64,000 bases of DNA from Bacteriovoracia bacterium. Lineage in GTDB: Bacteria > Bdellovibrionota > UBA1018 > JBFWNL01. Positions 1 to 9,160 of this stretch are shown here, in pieces (positions within the stretch are counted from its first letter, which is position 1; each line of letters opens with the position of its first letter). Under the pieces are notes generated by a model. That model did not search any database and had not been told where the DNA came from. It saw nothing but the letters and a program-made list of their open reading frames with translations. The DNA is taken from assembly GCA_050251055.1 (NCBI GenBank), contig JBFWNL010000007.1:128001-192000 (forward strand). Direction: 5' to 3'. The position numbers and the translations under genes are program-made.

Positions 1-773
1 GCGGGAACTTTTGCCGCGGTCTTCAACCAGTGCGTAACCTTCGCGTCGTTTTCGCCGCGGCCAAGCACTACCACGCCCACTTGGTCGCGTCCGCCTTGGC
101 GGGCCTGGGTAGCGACCATGCGGCAGTCGGCTTCGGTATCCAGTCCTTCTAGTTTCCAGATATCCGGCTCGACGCCAGCGGCCACCAGCTCTTGCATGGC
201 TTTCACCATCAGTTTCGGGCGCATTTCCTTGTCGAAGCGGGAGGTGTCGCCCCCTACCTGCTGGAGCTGCTCCGGCGTCGCGGGTACTAAAAGTTCGAAG
301 AGGTATTTGCGGTTGTTCGCGTGGCAGTATTCGGAGAGTTGCTTAAGGCGCGGCGTTTGGTTGGCATTCATGGGGCCGGTTGACTCCGGATTGTAACGCA
401 CTAGCACCTTCACGAAATCGGGCGCGAACTTCTCGATATGCGCGCCGAACTCGGCGCCGTACTCGAAATCGAACTCGTCCTGGCCGGATTTTTCGGCTGG
501 GTTGGCGACCTTCACCTTGTCGGTTTTGGCTTGTTGAACGATTTCGGCCCCAAACTGCTCATCGACAAGGATACCGGCCCGGTCGCGCGGGACGCCGCCG
601 CTCAAGGCGCGCTTAAAGCCGTCGTAGATGATCTTTTTATACGATGCGATGGTCTTGGTTTCTTCGGGAGTAGGGGTGCCCTTGATGCCAAAGAGCTTAG
701 ATTGAAACGACCCCCGGTGATCGAACGCCAAAATGAACAACTCTCCACCGTAACCCAGATTCTTGGAAGCCAT
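1..773 (-). CDS. DUF2090 / IolC C-terminal-like class I aldolase (3' end lies outside the window)
   Basis: Not in the ORF track. Read by hand from the ATG at 773: MASKNLGYGGELFILAFDHRGSF...GILVDEQFG...VKVLVRYNP...PDIWKLEG. AAGGAG RBS upstream. LAFDHR and WKLEG motifs are typical of DUF2090/LacD-like aldolases. Confidence 0.85.
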   Translation of the reverse strand, partial: MASKNLGYGGELFILAFDHRGSFQSKLFGIKGTPTPEETKTIASYKKIIYDGFKRALSGGVPRDRAGILVDEQFGAEIVQQAKTDKVKVANPAEKSGQDEFDFEYGAEFGAHIEKFAPDFVKVLVRYNPESTGPMNANQTPRLKQLSEYCHANNRKYLFELLVPATPEQLQQVGGDTSRFDKEMRPKLMVKAMQELVAAGVEPDIWKLEGLDTEADCRMVATQARQGGRDQVGVVVLGRGENDAKVTHWLKTAAKVP

Positions 774-857
774 AGTTCTCCTTAATTTTGTCCCTAAGGA
801 GTAGAAAATGCTGGCGGAGAAGTCAAAAGACTTTTTTGCCGCCACGCAGCGTCGTAT

Positions 858-1664
858 TCAAGCGCGGAGTCGGCGATGCCGGAGTGCCGGGAGCTCCGCA
901 CGTCTTTTCGCCAGCGCCTCGAAATCCAGTTCGGCGTACACGATTCCGGCGCCTTCCGCGCGTTCGGCGAGTACCTGTCCCCAGGGATCAATGATGCGCG
1001 TATGGCCGTAGGTCCGGCGTTTCGCCGCGTGTTCGCCGGACTGCGCGGGCGCGATCACGAAACAAAGATTTTCGATGGCGCGCGCGCGCGTGAGGACGTC
1101 CCAGTGGGCTTCGCCGGTGGGTACCGTAAAGGCCGCGGGAATTGTCAGCAGCTGCGCTCCTTCACGGGCGTAGCCGCGGTAAAGTTCCGGAAAGCGAAGG
1201 TCATAGCAAACGCTCAGACCGACTTTTCCGAAGGGCGTTTTCACGAGTACCGTTTTTTTCCCGGGCTGGATGTTTTTCGATTCTTCGTAGACCCGATCCG
1301 AGGAGATACGCGCATCGAAAAGGTGGATCTTGTCGTAGCGGCCGGCGATTTTTCCGGTCGGAGAGATGAGCAAGCTCGTGTTTGTCAGGCGGGGTCCGCG
1401 CGCGGCGCGAAGCTGCACGCTGCCCGCGAGCAGCCATGCCTTCTCACGGCGCGCCCAGGCCCGGAGCGCGGTCACCGAGGGGCCGTCGAGGGCTTCGGCG
1501 ACCTCTCGTTGCTGGGTGCGGTTCTCCGCCATGAGCAAGAAATTTTCCGGAAAGGCGACGAAGCGGGCGCCCTGGGCAACTGCTTCGTGGAAAGCCGCTT
1601 CGGCGTTTTGGAGATTCTCCTGCACGCTGGCGGAGCTGTTCGTTTGGACGGCGGCTATTTTCAT
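858..1664 (-). CDS. Carbon-nitrogen hydrolase (Nit1/deaminated-glutathione amidase type)
   Basis: FPEN, YDKIHLFD, CYDLRFPE and RARAIEN motifs (Glu-Lys-Cys triad). Confidence 0.92.
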   Translation of the reverse strand: MKIAAVQTNSSASVQENLQNAEAAFHEAVAQGARFVAFPENFLLMAENRTQQREVAEALDGPSVTALRAWARREKAWLLAGSVQLRAARGPRLTNTSLLISPTGKIAGRYDKIHLFDARISSDRVYEESKNIQPGKKTVLVKTPFGKVGLSVCYDLRFPELYRGYAREGAQLLTIPAAFTVPTGEAHWDVLTRARAIENLCFVIAPAQSGEHAAKRRTYGHTRIIDPWGQVLAERAEGAGIVYAELDFEALAKRRAELPALRHRRLRA

Positions 1665-1743
1665 GACGGTACGATCCTAGCCGCCGGGTGTAGGAGTTGT
1701 CACGCGTAACGGCCGATTTGACCCTGGGCGAGCGAAGGCAATA

Positions 1744-1763
1744 TTGTCTCGATATAAAGACAA
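1744..1763. promoter_or_regulatory. Palindromic putative enhancer (bEBP UAS)
   Basis: TTGTCT-N8-AGACAA about 30 bp upstream of a sigma54 motif. An IHF-like AAACAAACACTTA (1 mismatch to WATCAANNNNTTR) lies between them. Confidence 0.45.
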
Positions 1764-1792
1764 ATAAAAACAAACACTTAAATCCACGACGA

Positions 1793-1808
1793 TGGCATGT
1801 GGGTTGCT
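1793..1808 (+). promoter_or_regulatory. sigma54 (RpoN) -24/-12 promoter
   Basis: TGGCATGTGGGTTGCT has exact GG-N10-GC spacing and sits 25 nt before the ATG at 1833. Confidence 0.7.
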
Positions 1809-1832
1809 CTTCATTGGGGCAGGAGACGACGT

Positions 1833-2027
1833 ATGAATGGGTTAGGAATCGTATTGATCGCCTGTTTGATCGCTGGCGTCTACGCCATCGCTGTTTTGAC
1901 GGCGGCGGCTAGGACAAAGAGGGATCGAGCGTCTGGAACTTCCGAAGGCAACGCTTATTCGGAAATGAACGACGAATTACACACAGGCCACGCTGGAGAA
2001 GAAACGATGCTGCGTAAAGCAGGTTGA
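1833..2027 (+). CDS. Small single-pass membrane protein (64 aa)
   Basis: AGGAG RBS, hydrophobic N-terminus MNGLGIVLIACLIAGVYAIAVL, own promoter and terminator. Confidence 0.6.
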   Translation: MNGLGIVLIACLIAGVYAIAVLTAAARTKRDRASGTSEGNAYSEMNDELHTGHAGEETMLRKAG

Positions 2028-2058
2028 ATCGACCGGCAAATCAAAGCGATTCCACAAC

Positions 2059-2098
2059 GCCGGGCTTTCGTACTTGTACGAAAGCCCGGTTTTTCTTT
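2059..2098 (+). terminator. Intrinsic terminator
   Basis: CCGGGCTTTCGTAC/GTACGAAAGCCCGG stem followed by TTTTTCTTT. Confidence 0.8.
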
Positions 2099-2127
2099 AA
2101 CCGAGGGCGTGATATGAACGACGGCAG

Positions 2128-3435
2128 ATGGGCAACCAGTTCCTTTCCACCCAACCCTACAAGGGGACACGCGATTTCTATCCTGCGGAGATGCGGATGC
2201 GTCGAGCGATTTTCGGTCGACTCCGTGACGTCGTGCAGTCTTTTGCTTTCGAAGAGTACGATGGGCCCATGCTTGAGGCATTCGAGATCTATGCCGCCAA
2301 GTCCGGAGAAGAAATCGTCAATAATCAGCTCTATTGGCTGGTGGACCGCGGCGAGCGAAAGCTAGCGATCCGCCCCGAGATGACGCCCACCCTGGCTCGC
2401 ATGGTCGCGGCCCAGGTGAACGAGCTCCCCAAGCCCATCCGCTGGTTCAGTATCCCCAATCTTTGGCGCTACGAGCGCCCGCAGCGCGGACGCCTCCGCG
2501 AGCACTGGCAGCTCAATGTCGACATCCTGGGCGGCGATCCGCTCTTGGCCGACGCCGAGATCATCAACGTAGCCCTCTCGGTGATGCGTGTGTTCGGCGG
2601 CGAAAAGAAGGTCGCGCTGAAACTCAATAACCGCAAGCTCGTGGATTTTTTCTTCCGCGAGAAGCTTGGGCTTTCCACCGAAGCGGCCCATGGTACCGCC
2701 AAGGCCGTGGACGCCCGCGCGAAAGTCGGTGAGGAAGCTTACCGGAAATGGCTGGGTGATTTAGGTGTGCAGGCTGGGCAAATCCAGCAAATGGAAGAGT
2801 TCTTCGGCAGTTCTTTCGACATCGTAGCAAAGAAGTATCCTTGCGCTGGCGTGGATGAGTTGCGGGCATTGATGGATAAGCTCGCCGAATCCGGCATTGC
2901 GGTCGGTAGCAGTGAAGCGAGTGGAGTGGTCTTTGATCCCCAGCTTTTCCGTGGCCTCGATTATTACACGTCCACCGTTTTCGAAGTCTTCGACACCTCC
3001 CCGGAAAATCGCCGCGCGATGTTCGGCGGCGGTCGTTACGACAATCTGGTGGGATTGTTCGGCAAGCACCAGCTTTCGGGCGTGGGGTTCGGCATGGGCG
3101 ACGTGACGCTCGTGAATTTTCTCGAAACCCACGGCTTGTCGCCGAAGGTCGGCTCTGGCGTGGACGTGTTCGTCAGCTTGCCTAAGGCCGAGTACCGTGC
3201 GCAGGCTGAGCGCGTTGCGCGTGACCTACGTGAAGCCGGGTTGAAAGTCATGACTCCGCTGGAGATCGGCGGTTTCGGCGCGCAGCTCAAAATCGCGGCC
3301 AAGCACCAAGCCCGGTACGCCGTACTTTTGGGCGATAGCGAGCTGGCGCAGGGGCAGGTCGTGCTCAAGACCTTGGCTACGGGCGAACAGAAAACCGTCG
3401 CCATCGCCGGTCTTGCGGCAGAGATTTCAAGATAA
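2128..3435 (+). CDS. hisS: Histidine--tRNA ligase
   Basis: KGTRDF, IRPEMT, RYERPQRGRLREH, RGLDYY and GGGRYD motifs; C-terminal anticodon-binding domain. Confidence 0.97.
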   Translation: MGNQFLSTQPYKGTRDFYPAEMRMRRAIFGRLRDVVQSFAFEEYDGPMLEAFEIYAAKSGEEIVNNQLYWLVDRGERKLAIRPEMTPTLARMVAAQVNELPKPIRWFSIPNLWRYERPQRGRLREHWQLNVDILGGDPLLADAEIINVALSVMRVFGGEKKVALKLNNRKLVDFFFREKLGLSTEAAHGTAKAVDARAKVGEEAYRKWLGDLGVQAGQIQQMEEFFGSSFDIVAKKYPCAGVDELRALMDKLAESGIAVGSSEASGVVFDPQLFRGLDYYTSTVFEVFDTSPENRRAMFGGGRYDNLVGLFGKHQLSGVGFGMGDVTLVNFLETHGLSPKVGSGVDVFVSLPKAEYRAQAERVARDLREAGLKVMTPLEIGGFGAQLKIAAKHQARYAVLLGDSELAQGQVVLKTLATGEQKTVAIAGLAAEISR

Positions 3436-3453
3436 GGACTGGATCGAAGAGTC

Positions 3454-4788
3454 TTACGGGAGGCCGTATTTTCCGGTGAGGTAACCCCGGACAGACGCCT
3501 GCTCGGAGCTGCTGAGCGCGCGCGTGTAGACGATGATCTCAGCGATCTCCCCATTCAGCCAGGTTCCCGACCCACGAGTGCCTACGTGCATGTATCCGCC
3601 CGAGAAAGTGTAGCCGGTCTCTAGACCGACCGCCGCGATGTAGCCCATCGTTTGGGCTCCGATCTGATACTTCAGGGCCATGGTGGAGTCGCTAGGATCC
3701 CACATCGCAAAGTGAATGTCGTAGTTGGCGGAGGGAGTTCCTCCTACGGGGTACATGCCGGATAGTCCGTTTTGTGCGTGAAGCCGATGTCCCGAAAAGT
3801 CGCCGATGAACATCGAGCGGTCGGGGCTACCCGTATAGGTCGAGCTGTTGGAAATTCCCATGAAGGTGCCGGCCCCGGATATTTGTTTAGCCACGAGATA
3901 GACCGTAAAGCCACTCATGCTCGCGGGCATATAGGTCGTGCTGGTGTGGAACTCGTCGTTCACCCCGTCGAAACGAATCGTAGCGTGGCCGTTGGGGGCG
4001 GTATGGTAAAGTTTCGGAGGATTGATCGGCGTAAGATTGATCGAAAGCCCACCTAGGCTTTGCCAAGGCGTCGTGATGTCGGTGCCGTCCGTCTGGCTGG
4101 CGTACTGTTCCCCATTAAACCACGCCGATAAACCCGAAAGCGACGCGGGGGAAAAACTGCCGCTGTCGTCGCAAGCCATCTCCCGCTCCGCTTGCTGGGC
4201 GGCGGAAAGCGCGTTGTACGTATTGGTGATGTTAACGGTTTGCTCGGAAAAGAGGTCGATTCGGGCTCGGCCTAGTTCGTATACGTCCATTTCGCCATCT
4301 ACTTCTCCCAACGGAACGGTGCGATTGCAGTATCCAGACGTGGAATCGACGATTCCGCCGACTTGAATGATGCGGTTGCTTCCCGCCGGGACCTGAAGAT
4401 CCACCGTGGTCGTGGCGCTTAGGGAGATCGGCAGCGTCGTGATTCCCGGATAGGTGCAAGTTTCTCCGTTCATCATGGATTGGAGGACATCGTCGAGCGT
4501 TTTGCCTTGAGGAAGATGGTGTCCGGCCGGCGGAAAGATCCCGGGACCAACGACGTTCACTCCCAGGCAGTTGAATCCCGACGCGGTCGTGGGTGGCGCG
4601 AGCGCCGCCTCTAGCCAATCTTGCGGCAAGCGCGAAAATTCCGGTAAGAGCTGGGCGGGATTTGTCGCCTCTGGCCCTTGGATCACGAACCGGAGCCGAA
4701 CGAAATCTCCGGCGGGCGTGCAGCCCAGGGACGTGAGCAGAAGCAAGAGTAAGCAAATTTTCTGCGGCGCGGGAGCGTAGATTCCCAT
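3454..4788 (-). CDS. Lipoprotein with C-terminal LamG/concanavalin-like jelly-roll domain
   Basis: Lipobox SLGC, Cys-containing N domain, C-terminal FSPASLSGLSAWF...LNGEIAEIIVYTRALS...YLTGKYG. Confidence 0.7.
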   Translation of the reverse strand: MGIYAPAPQKICLLLLLLTSLGCTPAGDFVRLRFVIQGPEATNPAQLLPEFSRLPQDWLEAALAPPTTASGFNCLGVNVVGPGIFPPAGHHLPQGKTLDDVLQSMMNGETCTYPGITTLPISLSATTTVDLQVPAGSNRIIQVGGIVDSTSGYCNRTVPLGEVDGEMDVYELGRARIDLFSEQTVNITNTYNALSAAQQAEREMACDDSGSFSPASLSGLSAWFNGEQYASQTDGTDITTPWQSLGGLSINLTPINPPKLYHTAPNGHATIRFDGVNDEFHTSTTYMPASMSGFTVYLVAKQISGAGTFMGISNSSTYTGSPDRSMFIGDFSGHRLHAQNGLSGMYPVGGTPSANYDIHFAMWDPSDSTMALKYQIGAQTMGYIAAVGLETGYTFSGGYMHVGTRGSGTWLNGEIAEIIVYTRALSSSEQASVRGYLTGKYGLP

Positions 4789-4847
4789 GGCTCCATTTTA
4801 TTTCATTGTGTAGGGTGATCCAAGTTTCCGTTTGGAGGAGGAGAGAA

Positions 4848-5288
4848 ATGCCTACTTGGAGCCCGCCCACGACGCTTGCGATCAAGAAATTGACGCCCAC
4901 CGCGACCTTGCCTACGCGCGCGCATCCGGAGGACGCCGGTATGGACCTGTATGCGTCGACTGACGTCGTCATTGGGCCAGGACAGGGCACCCTCGCGAAT
5001 ACCGGAATTGCCATGGCCTTGCCCGTCGGCTTTGTCGGCATGATCGCCGACCGTTCCTCCTTGGCCAAGAAAGGCATCAAGACCGCAGGCGGCATCATCG
5101 ATGCGGGTTACCGTGGCGAGATCATGATCGTGATGAGAAATCTCACCCAGGAGGAGATTCGTCTCGCGCGTGGCGAACGCATTGCCCAGATGCTGGTCAT
5201 TCCCGTGGGTACGCCGGCTATTCAGGAAGTTTCCGAGCTGGATTCCACGGCGCGCGGCGCGGGCGGTTTTGGCAGCACCGGACGCTAG
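4848..5288 (+). CDS. dut: dUTP diphosphatase
   Basis: AGMDL, RSSLA, GIIDAGYRGE, ERIAQ and RGAGGFGSTG motifs. Start moved to the ATG after the GGAGG RBS. Confidence 0.96.
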   Translation: MPTWSPPTTLAIKKLTPTATLPTRAHPEDAGMDLYASTDVVIGPGQGTLANTGIAMALPVGFVGMIADRSSLAKKGIKTAGGIIDAGYRGEIMIVMRNLTQEEIRLARGERIAQMLVIPVGTPAIQEVSELDSTARGAGGFGSTGR

Positions 5289-5303
5289 CCGATCCTACTG
5301 AAG

Positions 5304-7358
5304 TTATTCGCCATTGACGGGGTAGGCGTACATCGTCACGCCCGAAACCGTGCCGTCATGGAACGTGCAGGTATGGGCGGTGTAGTCGCCGCTGCCCTGG
5401 TACGCGCCGAAGTTCGGCGTATAAACACAAGACTCGTTCGATTCGCAGAGACCGTTGTCGTTTCCGCCCGAGCCCAGGATTTCGAGGGCATTCAGCAGGT
5501 AGGTGTTCGCCGGGGTCATCCCGTTCGTGATGGTGACGTTGCCGTCCACGGCGGAAGGGCAGCTGGCGCCGTCGACGAAGGGATCGTTGGCGTTCTGGCC
5601 ATCCTCGGTTCGGTCGCGAAACTGAGTGTCCGAAGCCTTCAACGCGAAATCCCAAATGCGGCAGTTGCCGGCGGCGCAAGCCGTGCGGTTGTCCGAGTTT
5701 GGGAAGGCCGAGCCATCGATCCCCCAGACTCGGAACGGAGACGCGAATTTCAGCCACTCCGACATGGAGGCGAACGCCTGTACGCCGTTCGTGTTGGCGC
5801 CGTTGGTGGCATCCGTGGTCGTGACCTTGCCCTTGAAGCTGTTGGCGGCGGTTTTGCCGGTGATGAGCGTGGCGCTCGAGGAGCCTTGGTTGGCGCACGT
5901 CGTGTTGACGAGGCCTGGATTCGTCCCGCCGCTGACCGTGCAGTCCGTGCCGTTTCCGCCCACCAAGAGATTATGGGAGAAGGTCGAGTTGTTGAGCTGG
6001 TCGAGGGAGATCCCCGTGGTGTTGTTCACCACCGCGATGTTGGCAAATTTGAGGTTGCTCGTATTCGAGCCCATGTGGTTCGAGGAGAAGCCCGTGTCGT
6101 TGTTGGCAAAGAGAGAGTTCGTCCAAGTGGTGTAGCTCGGGAACTGCAGGAAATACATGCCGGTCGTGTTGTTGACCGCGGTCACGTGCGAGACCGTGCT
6201 GTAGTACGACGCATCGGCGAGCTTGATGCCGACCGTGTTGTTGGCCACGAGTAGGTTGGTATAGTAGCCGTAGAAGGCGACCGACAGCCAGATGTCGTTG
6301 GCACCGTTGTTCCCGAATCCTTTATAACCTTGCAGGACGTTGTAGTTCGAGCTGCCGGTGAAAAATAAGGCGTTCGCCGATTGGGCGAAGTTGAGATTTT
6401 GGAAGAGGTTGCTTACGGTCGAAGCGGTGTAAAGGCAGGACGACGATCCGCCACGGATATTGAGGTTCTTAAAGCGTGAGAACTTCACGGTGGCGATGTT
6501 GATCACCACTCCCGCTTGCGCGGACCCAGCCGCGTTGTAGCCGTTGTACGTGCCTTCGATCCAGATAAAATTGCGGGTATTGGCCACGATCATGTTGCCG
6601 GCCGCGGTGCCGGAACCGGAGAAGCCCAGGACAGCACTATCTAAGCCAACGAGCGAGATTTTATTAGCGCCAATGACGTAACCGTCCGTCAGCAAGGACC
6701 CAGAGTAGATATAGACCGTGCCGTCGGTGCTCAGCGTGGTTGCGCCCGCACCCACGTTGGAGCTCAGGCGGGAAATTGGGTTCGTCCACCAGGCGGTGGC
6801 CGTGGTCGCCGTCACCGGACAGCTTCCCTTGGTCACGGTTACGGAGTTAGGCTTCCAAACCGGCGAGGCACCGCTGTTGTCAATCAAGTCTTTTAGAGAA
6901 ATACTTGGTTTAAGGCCAGTGCTGATAAAACGCGCGGTGCCGGAAGCGACTTCGCATTTCCACTGGAATGCACCCAGGGTTTCCGTCAGGGTCAGGCCGT
7001 CGCAGCTGGAGTGTCCCGTCAGCGTAACTTTGCGGCGTTCGCCGCCGTTGTAACATTTGGAGTGAATGCCTTGCTCGGTCCCGGCGCACGCGGTGGTGCC
7101 GTCGGAAGCGCGGACATAGTCGTTCCAGTTCGGATAACTCGCATAGCGAGACTCGACGCTCGCGTCTAAGGTCGCGACGTCGCGGCAGCTACCGCCCCCG
7201 GTGGTTCCCCCTGAGTCGGTGGCCGGCGCATTGAGCTTCGGATACACACAGCCAGCCGCCGTGAGCATCGCGAAAATCAAACTGAGGGCGTAATAAGGCT
7301 CTCGCCTTCTTCCACATACGTACCGCATGTCATAATTGTAGAACGGAACCGTTTTCAT
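5304..7358 (-). CDS. Secreted lipoprotein with right-handed parallel beta-helix repeats
   Basis: Lipobox AAGC, Asn-ladder repeats (NLLVANNTVGI, HVTAVNNTTGM, NIAVVNNTTGI), Cys-rich ends. Confidence 0.75.
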   Translation of the reverse strand: MKTVPFYNYDMRYVCGRRREPYYALSLIFAMLTAAGCVYPKLNAPATDSGGTTGGGSCRDVATLDASVESRYASYPNWNDYVRASDGTTACAGTEQGIHSKCYNGGERRKVTLTGHSSCDGLTLTETLGAFQWKCEVASGTARFISTGLKPSISLKDLIDNSGASPVWKPNSVTVTKGSCPVTATTATAWWTNPISRLSSNVGAGATTLSTDGTVYIYSGSLLTDGYVIGANKISLVGLDSAVLGFSGSGTAAGNMIVANTRNFIWIEGTYNGYNAAGSAQAGVVINIATVKFSRFKNLNIRGGSSSCLYTASTVSNLFQNLNFAQSANALFFTGSSNYNVLQGYKGFGNNGANDIWLSVAFYGYYTNLLVANNTVGIKLADASYYSTVSHVTAVNNTTGMYFLQFPSYTTWTNSLFANNDTGFSSNHMGSNTSNLKFANIAVVNNTTGISLDQLNNSTFSHNLLVGGNGTDCTVSGGTNPGLVNTTCANQGSSSATLITGKTAANSFKGKVTTTDATNGANTNGVQAFASMSEWLKFASPFRVWGIDGSAFPNSDNRTACAAGNCRIWDFALKASDTQFRDRTEDGQNANDPFVDGASCPSAVDGNVTITNGMTPANTYLLNALEILGSGGNDNGLCESNESCVYTPNFGAYQGSGDYTAHTCTFHDGTVSGVTMYAYPVNGE

Positions 7359-7395
7359 TGGAAATGTGTCCGGATCGACCTAAGTCTAGCTGAGG

Positions 7396-7408
7396 TAAGT
7401 TATTGATT
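7396..7408. promoter_or_regulatory. IHF-consensus binding site between divergent genes
   Basis: TAAGTTATTGATT is an exact reverse complement match to WATCAANNNNTTR. Confidence 0.5.
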
Positions 7409-7469
7409 CCAATGAATAGTCACTTGTCGGTAGCTTGACAGGGATCTTTGGCCCTCCATCTTACGTAAA

Positions 7470-8444
7470 GTGAAGAACGACCCGCTCGACCCTACTTCTA
7501 CTTCGTCGCTCGACGCTTTCGAGGAAGCCAGGCTTCATGATGCCTATTCCGCGGCGGTGATCGACGCGGTCGACCAGGTCAGCCCCTCGGTGCTGAATAT
7601 TGAAATTCCCCGGCGCGGGGGCGGATCGGGGTTCGTCCTAAGCCCGGATGGGTTCGCGCTGACCAATAGCCACGTCGTCCATGGCGCGCGTGAAATCATC
7701 GTTCATCTGGCCGATGGTCGGCAAACCGAAGCGAGATTGGTGGGGGACGATCCCGATACCGATCTCGCGGTCATACGGTTAGCCGGCGCGGGGGACTGGC
7801 CGGCCGTAAAGCTCGGAGATTCGGCCCGCCTGCGCGTGGGGCAACTCGTGGTGGCGGTGGGCAATCCTTTGGGGTTTCAGTATACGGTGACAGCTGGCGT
7901 GGTCAGCGCGATTGGAAGAAGCATGCGTTCCCAGTCAGGCCGACTGATTGACAATATCATTCAAACCGATGCGGCGTTGAACCCCGGGAACTCCGGCGGC
8001 CCGTTGGTAGACTCGCGCGGACGTGTGATTGGTGTCAACACCGCGATCATCCGTCCCGCCCAGGGCATTTGCTTCGCCATTCCGATGGCCACCGCGCAGT
8101 ACGTGGCGGCTCATCTGATTCAGCACGGACGCATTCGGCGGGTCTATCTCGGCATCGCTGGTCAGACGCTCGAAATTCCGCGGCGGATCGTGCGCAGTCT
8201 GAAGCTTCCCACGCCCAGCGGCGTGTTGGTGGCGTCGGTGGAAGAAGGGAGCCCCGCCGACCGCGCGGGGGTGCGCATGCGCGACATTATCCTGCGATTC
8301 GGCGATCGCCACGTCCCAAACGTCGACGGGCTCTTAAAACTTCTCACGCAGGAGCACGGTAACCGCGCCTCGTCGCTCCAGCTCATCCGCAAAGGCGAGC
8401 TCCTAGAGCTGCCGGTCACCCCCGAACATCGCGCCGAAAAGTAG
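7470..8444 (+). CDS. HtrA/DegP-like trypsin protease with one PDZ domain
   Basis: GSGF, TNSHVV, DLAV, IQTDAALNPGNSGGP motifs and C-terminal PDZ; no obvious signal peptide. Confidence 0.92.
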   Translation: MKNDPLDPTSTSSLDAFEEARLHDAYSAAVIDAVDQVSPSVLNIEIPRRGGGSGFVLSPDGFALTNSHVVHGAREIIVHLADGRQTEARLVGDDPDTDLAVIRLAGAGDWPAVKLGDSARLRVGQLVVAVGNPLGFQYTVTAGVVSAIGRSMRSQSGRLIDNIIQTDAALNPGNSGGPLVDSRGRVIGVNTAIIRPAQGICFAIPMATAQYVAAHLIQHGRIRRVYLGIAGQTLEIPRRIVRSLKLPTPSGVLVASVEEGSPADRAGVRMRDIILRFGDRHVPNVDGLLKLLTQEHGNRASSLQLIRKGELLELPVTPEHRAEK

Positions 8445-8499
8445 CGTTCTCGCTTCCCACCGCGCGGTCATTCCCGTGCGCCAACACATAGGCACGCCG

Positions 8500-8632
8500 A
8501 TTTACCTCTGTCACTCCAAGTAAAGTCATCCCCGATGGGGGACGCGCTTCCATGCGCTCAACCGCTCAGCGCCGTCCTGGCCCGCGGATGCCCCCATCGG
8601 GGATAACTTTACTTGGAGTGACGGGGGCAAAT
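8500..8632. repeat. Long inverted repeat (MITE-like element or large hairpin) between convergent genes
   Basis: Arms 8510-8541 and 8591-8622 match at 31 of 32 positions, extendable by about 10 bp with G-U pairs; 49-nt spacer. Confidence 0.85.
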
Positions 8633-8638
8633 GATGGA

Positions 8639-9154
8639 CTAGGATTCGGCGCGCGGGAAGAACCGCTCGGCGAGCTGGATATGCTCTAACTCTTCATCGG
8701 CGATTTTCCCGAAGATCTCGGCACTCACGGGATCGACCTTGGCCATGGCTTCGCGGAACCGAATCCCGGCGCGGCGGCCACGCTCTTCCGCGCTCGCCAT
8801 GTAGCGGGCGAACTTCTCGGCGGTCTCGCATTCCACGAAGGAGTGCCAGAGCTGATCGGAGACGGGGCGCTCGGCGGGATCGATGCCGAGCTCCTTCATC
8901 CGAATGAGCAGCCAGTCCAAGTGCTTCTGTTCGGCGCGCGCGAGCGCGCGCCAGGCTCCGCGAAGATCCGCCGGGGAGTCCGCGAAAGTGTCGGCGGCCC
9001 ATAAAAAAGCGTCGCGGGCCTGAATTTCGGCGAAGGCGGCGGCGCGGAGGCGGTCGCCGATTCCCGCGGCGGAGTCCACTTCGCGCGGAGCCGGGGCGCG
9101 CTCACCGGCCGGGCAGGTTTGAAACGGATGCCACGAGGGGGTTGGAGGTTTCAC
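8639..9154 (-). CDS. DUF455-like ferritin-fold di-iron protein
   Basis: Two E...ExxH pairs (AEIQ/AEQKH and AEER/EELEH); compact 171-aa form. Confidence 0.75.
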   Translation of the reverse strand: MKPPTPSWHPFQTCPAGERAPAPREVDSAAGIGDRLRAAAFAEIQARDAFLWAADTFADSPADLRGAWRALARAEQKHLDWLLIRMKELGIDPAERPVSDQLWHSFVECETAEKFARYMASAEERGRRAGIRFREAMAKVDPVSAEIFGKIADEELEHIQLAERFFPRAES

Positions 9155-9160
9155 GCGGGG

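Noticed and set aside
876-1709. Long antisense ORFs (also 5358-6254, 21236-22048, 22319-23110, 32488-33579, 62757-63635)
   Set aside because: They lie opposite well-supported genes, have no motifs or RBS, and are expected shadows of GC-rich codon usage
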